A stretch of 63,623 bases of DNA, filler included. It is 6 parts of 6 records of this genome, joined end to end, with 100 filler letters (N's around TTAATTAATTAA, not from the genome) between each part and the next. Parts side by side here need not be neighbours in the genome. Positions count along the whole stretch, not along the records: positions 55,986 to 63,623 come from SRR31147125_2800; 5 more parts are not named here. One strand, given 5' to 3'. Positions 59,750-63,623 of the stretch are shown here, one piece after another. The notes beneath the pieces are model-generated. The model saw nothing but the letters and a program-made list of their open reading frames with translations. It did not search any database and had not been told where the DNA came from. The stretch's first letter is position 1, and every line of letters begins with the position of its first letter. The translations under genes and the position numbers were made by a program.

Positions 59750-61021
59750 ATGTTAATAATATCGGTTATTATCAATATAATTTTAATTGTATATTTTATA
59801 AAATATAAAAAGAATAGAAGTGAAGAAATAGAAATCCTAAAAAATGAACTTATGCAAAACAGGTCTTCATTTGAGGCACTGAAAAAATGTGAAGTTGAGA
59901 CTAAATCAAAATCAATGTTTTTGGCAAATATTGGACATGAAATTAGAACACCACTTAACGCTATTATTGGTTTTAGTGAGCTATTATCCCTAAAATCAAC
60001 AAAACAAAAGGATAAAGATTATATTGAGGCGATTAATAATTCTGGAAACTCATTATTAGAATTAGTAAATGATCTGTTAGATATGTCAAAAATTGAAGCA
60101 GGGATGTTTGAAGTTCATTTTGAGCCTGTAAACCTACATGAGGTTTTAAATAGTGTAAAATCGATGTTTAATATTAAATTTAATGAGGAAGAGATAGAGT
60201 TTAGGCTATCGCTACCAAATGATCTACCTGAGATAATTATATTAAATGAGGTTAGGCTAAAACAAATTTTGATTAATCTATTGAGTAATGCTCTAAAATT
60301 TACAGAAAAAGGTTTTGTTGAGTTGAGAATATTTCAGGAGGAGTTGGAAGTTTCTTCAACGAACTTAATAATTGAAGTAGAAGACTCAGGAATAGGAATA
60401 AGTGAAGAGGATTTAGGAGAGATATTTAAGTCATTTAAACAAGTACAAAATCGAAGAGCGTCAAAGTATAGTGGAACAGGATTAGGGCTTGCGATTACAA
60501 AAGAGATAGCAAAAGTTCTAAACGGGGAGATAAGTGCTGAAAGTAAAGTTAAAACTGGATCAACTTTTAGAGTTAAATTTAATAATGTTAAAATAGGAAA
60601 ACATGCGGATGTTGAGATTAAAAATTATTCGCCAGATACAAAGTTTGTAAATGCTCCCGTTATTATAGCAGATGATAATAAATTAAACAGAAGAGTTTTA
60701 CATGATCTATTGGAAACACTTAACTTTGACGTACATGAAGCTAAGAATGGTAAAGAACTATTGATGCTAACAGACAAAGTTTCTGCTGCATTTATCATTT
60801 CTGATATAAGAATGCCTGTTCTTGACGGTATTGATTCTACCAGAATATTGAAATTAGATGAAAATACATCGGAAATTCCTATAATTGCACTAACGTCATA
60901 CTCAGATACTAATTTCATAACTGCAAGTGATAAAGCGTATTTTGATGAATTTTTAACAAAACCAGTAGCTCGAAATGAAATAATCTCAGTGCTGGCTAAC
61001 TATTGTGAGTTTGAAAAATAG
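59750..61021 (+). CDS. Hybrid histidine kinase (single TM, HisKA, HATPase, REC)
   Basis: HEIRTPLN, NLLSNALKF, DSGIG and GTGLGL; REC (IISDIRMP). Confidence 0.92.
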   Translation: MLIISVIINIILIVYFIKYKKNRSEEIEILKNELMQNRSSFEALKKCEVETKSKSMFLANIGHEIRTPLNAIIGFSELLSLKSTKQKDKDYIEAINNSGNSLLELVNDLLDMSKIEAGMFEVHFEPVNLHEVLNSVKSMFNIKFNEEEIEFRLSLPNDLPEIIILNEVRLKQILINLLSNALKFTEKGFVELRIFQEELEVSSTNLIIEVEDSGIGISEEDLGEIFKSFKQVQNRRASKYSGTGLGLAITKEIAKVLNGEISAESKVKTGSTFRVKFNNVKIGKHADVEIKNYSPDTKFVNAPVIIADDNKLNRRVLHDLLETLNFDVHEAKNGKELLMLTDKVSAAFIISDIRMPVLDGIDSTRILKLDENTSEIPIIALTSYSDTNFITASDKAYFDEFLTKPVARNEIISVLANYCEFEK

Positions 61022-61043
61022 AATTAATTTAATTAAATAATAG

Positions 61044-61079
61044 AAGTAATGGACATTCAGTGAACGTCCATTACTTTTT
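61044..61079. terminator. Terminator between convergent genes
   Basis: AAGTAATGGAC...GTCCATTACTT followed by Ts. Confidence 0.8.
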
Positions 61080-61082
61080 ATT

Positions 61083-61547
61083 TTAGGATTTTAACTCTCT
61101 TAATTTTTCTAAGACTTTCTCAGCATGTCCTTTGGCTTTAACTTTATCCCATTTAAAGGCTATTTTGAATTCTGGATTAATGAGATAAGTAGTTCTAACT
61201 ATTCCATAACTCTCCTTTCCGTACATTTTTTTAATCTGCCAAACACCGTAATCCTTTAAAACGCCAAGTTCTTCATTGCTTAGGAGTTCGACCTTTAAAT
61301 CGTGTTTTTTTACAAAGTTGCAGTGTTTTTTCACCGAATCTTTGCTCATTCCAAGTATAACGGCACCTTCGTTATCAAAATCTGATTTAAGACTTGTAAA
61401 TTCAATTGCTTCTGTTGTACAACCAGGTGTGTTGTCCCTTGGATAGAAGTATAAAACTATCCATTTTCCTTTGTAATCAGATAGGTTTCTTTCTTCTCCA
61501 TCTTGATTTAATAACATAAAATCTTTTGTGATTTCATTTATATTCAT
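61083..61547 (-). CDS. bcp: Peroxiredoxin BCP/PrxQ
   Basis: LYFYPRDNTPGCTTEA and MYGK..GIVRTT. Confidence 0.92.
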   Translation of the reverse strand: MNINEITKDFMLLNQDGEERNLSDYKGKWIVLYFYPRDNTPGCTTEAIEFTSLKSDFDNEGAVILGMSKDSVKKHCNFVKKHDLKVELLSNEELGVLKDYGVWQIKKMYGKESYGIVRTTYLINPEFKIAFKWDKVKAKGHAEKVLEKLRELKS

Positions 61548-61709
61548 AAAATAGCACCTCCATTGTCGATTTAATTAATAATAAACCAAAAAAATATGGA
61601 AGTCAAATTTGAGACTTACTTAATATCAGAAAGTATAGAATTCTCTAAGAACTACAGCTTGTAAAAGAAGCGTAAATTAATTTATTATGCAAAATGAAGT
61701 TATAAAAGA

Positions 61710-61755
61710 ATGAGCTTCGTTAAAATTGAATAATCCCAATTTTAACGAAGCTCAT
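61710..61755 (-). terminator. Perfect 19-bp hairpin after the SBP gene
   Basis: ATGAGCTTCGTTAAAATTG pairs with CAATTTTAACGAAGCTCAT. Confidence 0.75.
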
Positions 61756-61757
61756 AT

Positions 61758-62492
61758 TTATTTCATATACTTTTCGTATAATTTGTCATAAATGCCTAAC
61801 TCCATAATTTTGCTAAAAGAATCCTTTAGTAGTTTAACTTCTTTGTTTGATAAGTTTAAAGAACCTGCAATGTAAAGATCATCTTGAAATACGTAAACTC
61901 CTGTTGATTCGAGGGAGTCTACAGGCTGATGGTTGATTCTTAAAAAATGATGGATACCAAGCTCAGGTTCACCTATAGCCAGATCATTTCTCCCCATTAC
62001 AACTTTTAAATATTTACTCGCTTCATTTCCAGTTGTGTCTAAATTATTAAATCCCTCATTAACTAGGTAATCATAAACCAAACCTGAGTTTCTAGTTGCG
62101 ATTCTTTTAACTTTTTTGGCATCATCTAGAGTTTTTATATCTAGATTTGATCCTTTTTTCTTATAGAAACATAGTTTACCTGTATCAATAGGAGCGATCC
62201 AATTATACTTTTTCTCCCTTTTAGCTGTTCTAAATAAGCTGAAAAAAACAAATTTACTGTTTCCCTCTAAAATTCTTTTGACTTTTATCTCTGGAAGTAT
62301 TTTAATTTCAGTATCAATTTTTAAGTCATCAATCATATGACTGACTATGTCATATGAAAAGCCTTTTATTTCCCCGCTTTCGTAATAATTGTAAGGTGGC
62401 CACTCCTCGGTGATAAAAACAACCCCATCAAAATCAGCAGCCATTATCATATTAGATAATAGTGCTAAACCCGCCAATAAAGACTTCCTCAT
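61758..62492 (-). CDS. Family 3 solute-binding protein (orphan)
   Basis: Signal peptide, TEEWPPYNY, RTAKRE..YNW and G.YDKLYEKY. Confidence 0.85.
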   Translation of the reverse strand: MRKSLLAGLALLSNMIMAADFDGVVFITEEWPPYNYYESGEIKGFSYDIVSHMIDDLKIDTEIKILPEIKVKRILEGNSKFVFFSLFRTAKREKKYNWIAPIDTGKLCFYKKKGSNLDIKTLDDAKKVKRIATRNSGLVYDYLVNEGFNNLDTTGNEASKYLKVVMGRNDLAIGEPELGIHHFLRINHQPVDSLESTGVYVFQDDLYIAGSLNLSNKEVKLLKDSFSKIMELGIYDKLYEKYMK

Positions 62493-62777
62493 ACTGCTAC
62501 CCCTTCCCTAAACGTATATACATTTATATACTATTTAGGTTTAAAATTCTATTTAGTTCTAAGAACAAAATTAATTAATTATAACATTGAAATGCGACAT
62601 TGCAAAGCTTTTTTTAATTAGGAAACCAAAATAGGTGCTATTATAAGAAATATTCATACATTGAGATGCTTATGTTAAAGTGTTAACAATTTTTTTTGAT
62701 TTAGTAAAAACTAATTTAATTTTTAAATAAAAAAAGGTATAATTTATTTAAATTAACTAACTGCAATTGGAGGAGAG

Positions 62778-63591
62778 ATGAATAAAACAATAAATAAAGA
62801 GTATGTAATAGAGTTTGAAGGTATAAATGTTAATTATGAGATTGGTACTCCAGTATTGGAAAATATAGATTTGAAAATAAAAAAATGAAAACTGGGCAAT
62901 ATTAGGAGCTAATGGAAGTGGAAAATCAACCTTGATAAAGCTTATTTCAAATGACCTTTATCCAAATACAAGATACCCGTTTAAAAAACTTCTGTTTGGA
63001 AAAGAGAGATGGAATATTTTTGAACTAAAGGAGAAATTAGGAATAATAACCAATGACCTACATAGTATATTTAGTACAAATGCTAAATATGCAACTGCAT
63101 TTGAGGTAGTATTAAGTGGTTATTATAGCTCGGTTAAAATTTATAAACATCAGGAATTTAATGAAAAGCAAAAAAATAGAGCACTGGAAGTAATGGATTT
63201 TTTGGAAATAATTGATATTAAAGATAAAAAAGTTCAACATATGAGTACAGGGCAACTTAGAAGATGTATAATTGGTAGAGCACTAATACATAATCCAGAA
63301 GCATTTATACTTGATGAACCTACAGTTGGGCTTGATATAAAAGCGCAAAATAGTTTTATAAAATTAATTAGAAAATTGTCGCAAAATGCTTCGGTAATAA
63401 TAATTACTCATCATATCGAGGAGGTATTTCCTGAGATTAATCATGTTGCATTAATTCATAATAGAACAGTTTATAAACAAGGTAAAAAGGAGGAGATTTT
63501 AACATCACAAAACCTTTCTGAGATATTCGATATAACTATAGATATTCAACATGAAAATGAGAGGTATTATATAAAGAGTGTAAGTGAATAG
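62778..63591 (+). CDS. ABC ATP-binding protein (ModF/YlmA-like), frameshifted in the A7 run at 62879-62885
   Basis: GGAGG RBS before ATG 62778; ENWAILGANGSGKST lies in the downstream frame; MSTGQ, LDEPT and THH. Confidence 0.82.
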
Positions 63592-63623
63592 TAAATATAT
63601 AAATAAGTCGACCAAATTTGGTC

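Overview
The window is not one locus. It is six unrelated bacterial contigs joined by artificial 100-nt spacers (N44-TTAATTAATTAA-N44): A 1-20936, B 21037-27777, C 27878-38661, D 38762-45213, E 45314-55885 and F 55986-63623. Contig A is AT-rich and probably delta-proteobacterium-like. It carries sdaAB/sdaAA, a Hanks kinase with a dCache-like sensor, a PAS kinase with a GAFTGA-less NtrC-type regulator, a GH114-like hydrolase, a TSP3 surface lipoprotein and several orphan genes. The main new signal is that these orphans share a sigma28/FliA-like promoter, (G/A)CAAC-N14/15-(GC)CGA. One of them hides a frameshift-split cysteine-protease-like domain, and a probably co-transcribed neighbour has an HEXXH zincin motif, so together they are a candidate co-regulated effector set. 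Contig B (Firmicutes-like) has GH10, a BcsA-like synthase with PilZ, a GT-C-like membrane protein and a LacI regulator. Contig C (Desulfobacterota-like) has a Tme-like membrane-disrupting toxin with tandem DUF1240-like immunity genes, an Orp-like divergent sigma54 metal/Fe-S locus and an ECF transporter with a His-rich tail. Contig D has a complete frcRBCA/frcK/fructokinase/pfkA fructose locus. Contig E has tandem dCache hybrid kinases (one lacks the G2 box) and a bgl PTS operon with a RAT. Contig F has a cupin under paired CRP/FNR-family boxes, an HD-GYP protein, nnr, a hybrid kinase, bcp, a solute-binding protein and an ABC ATPase. Several genes are split by single-base indels, mostly in homopolymers, which are probably sequencing errors. 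No CRISPR array, tRNA, rRNA or transposase was seen. All family and taxonomy calls come from motif recognition, not database searches.
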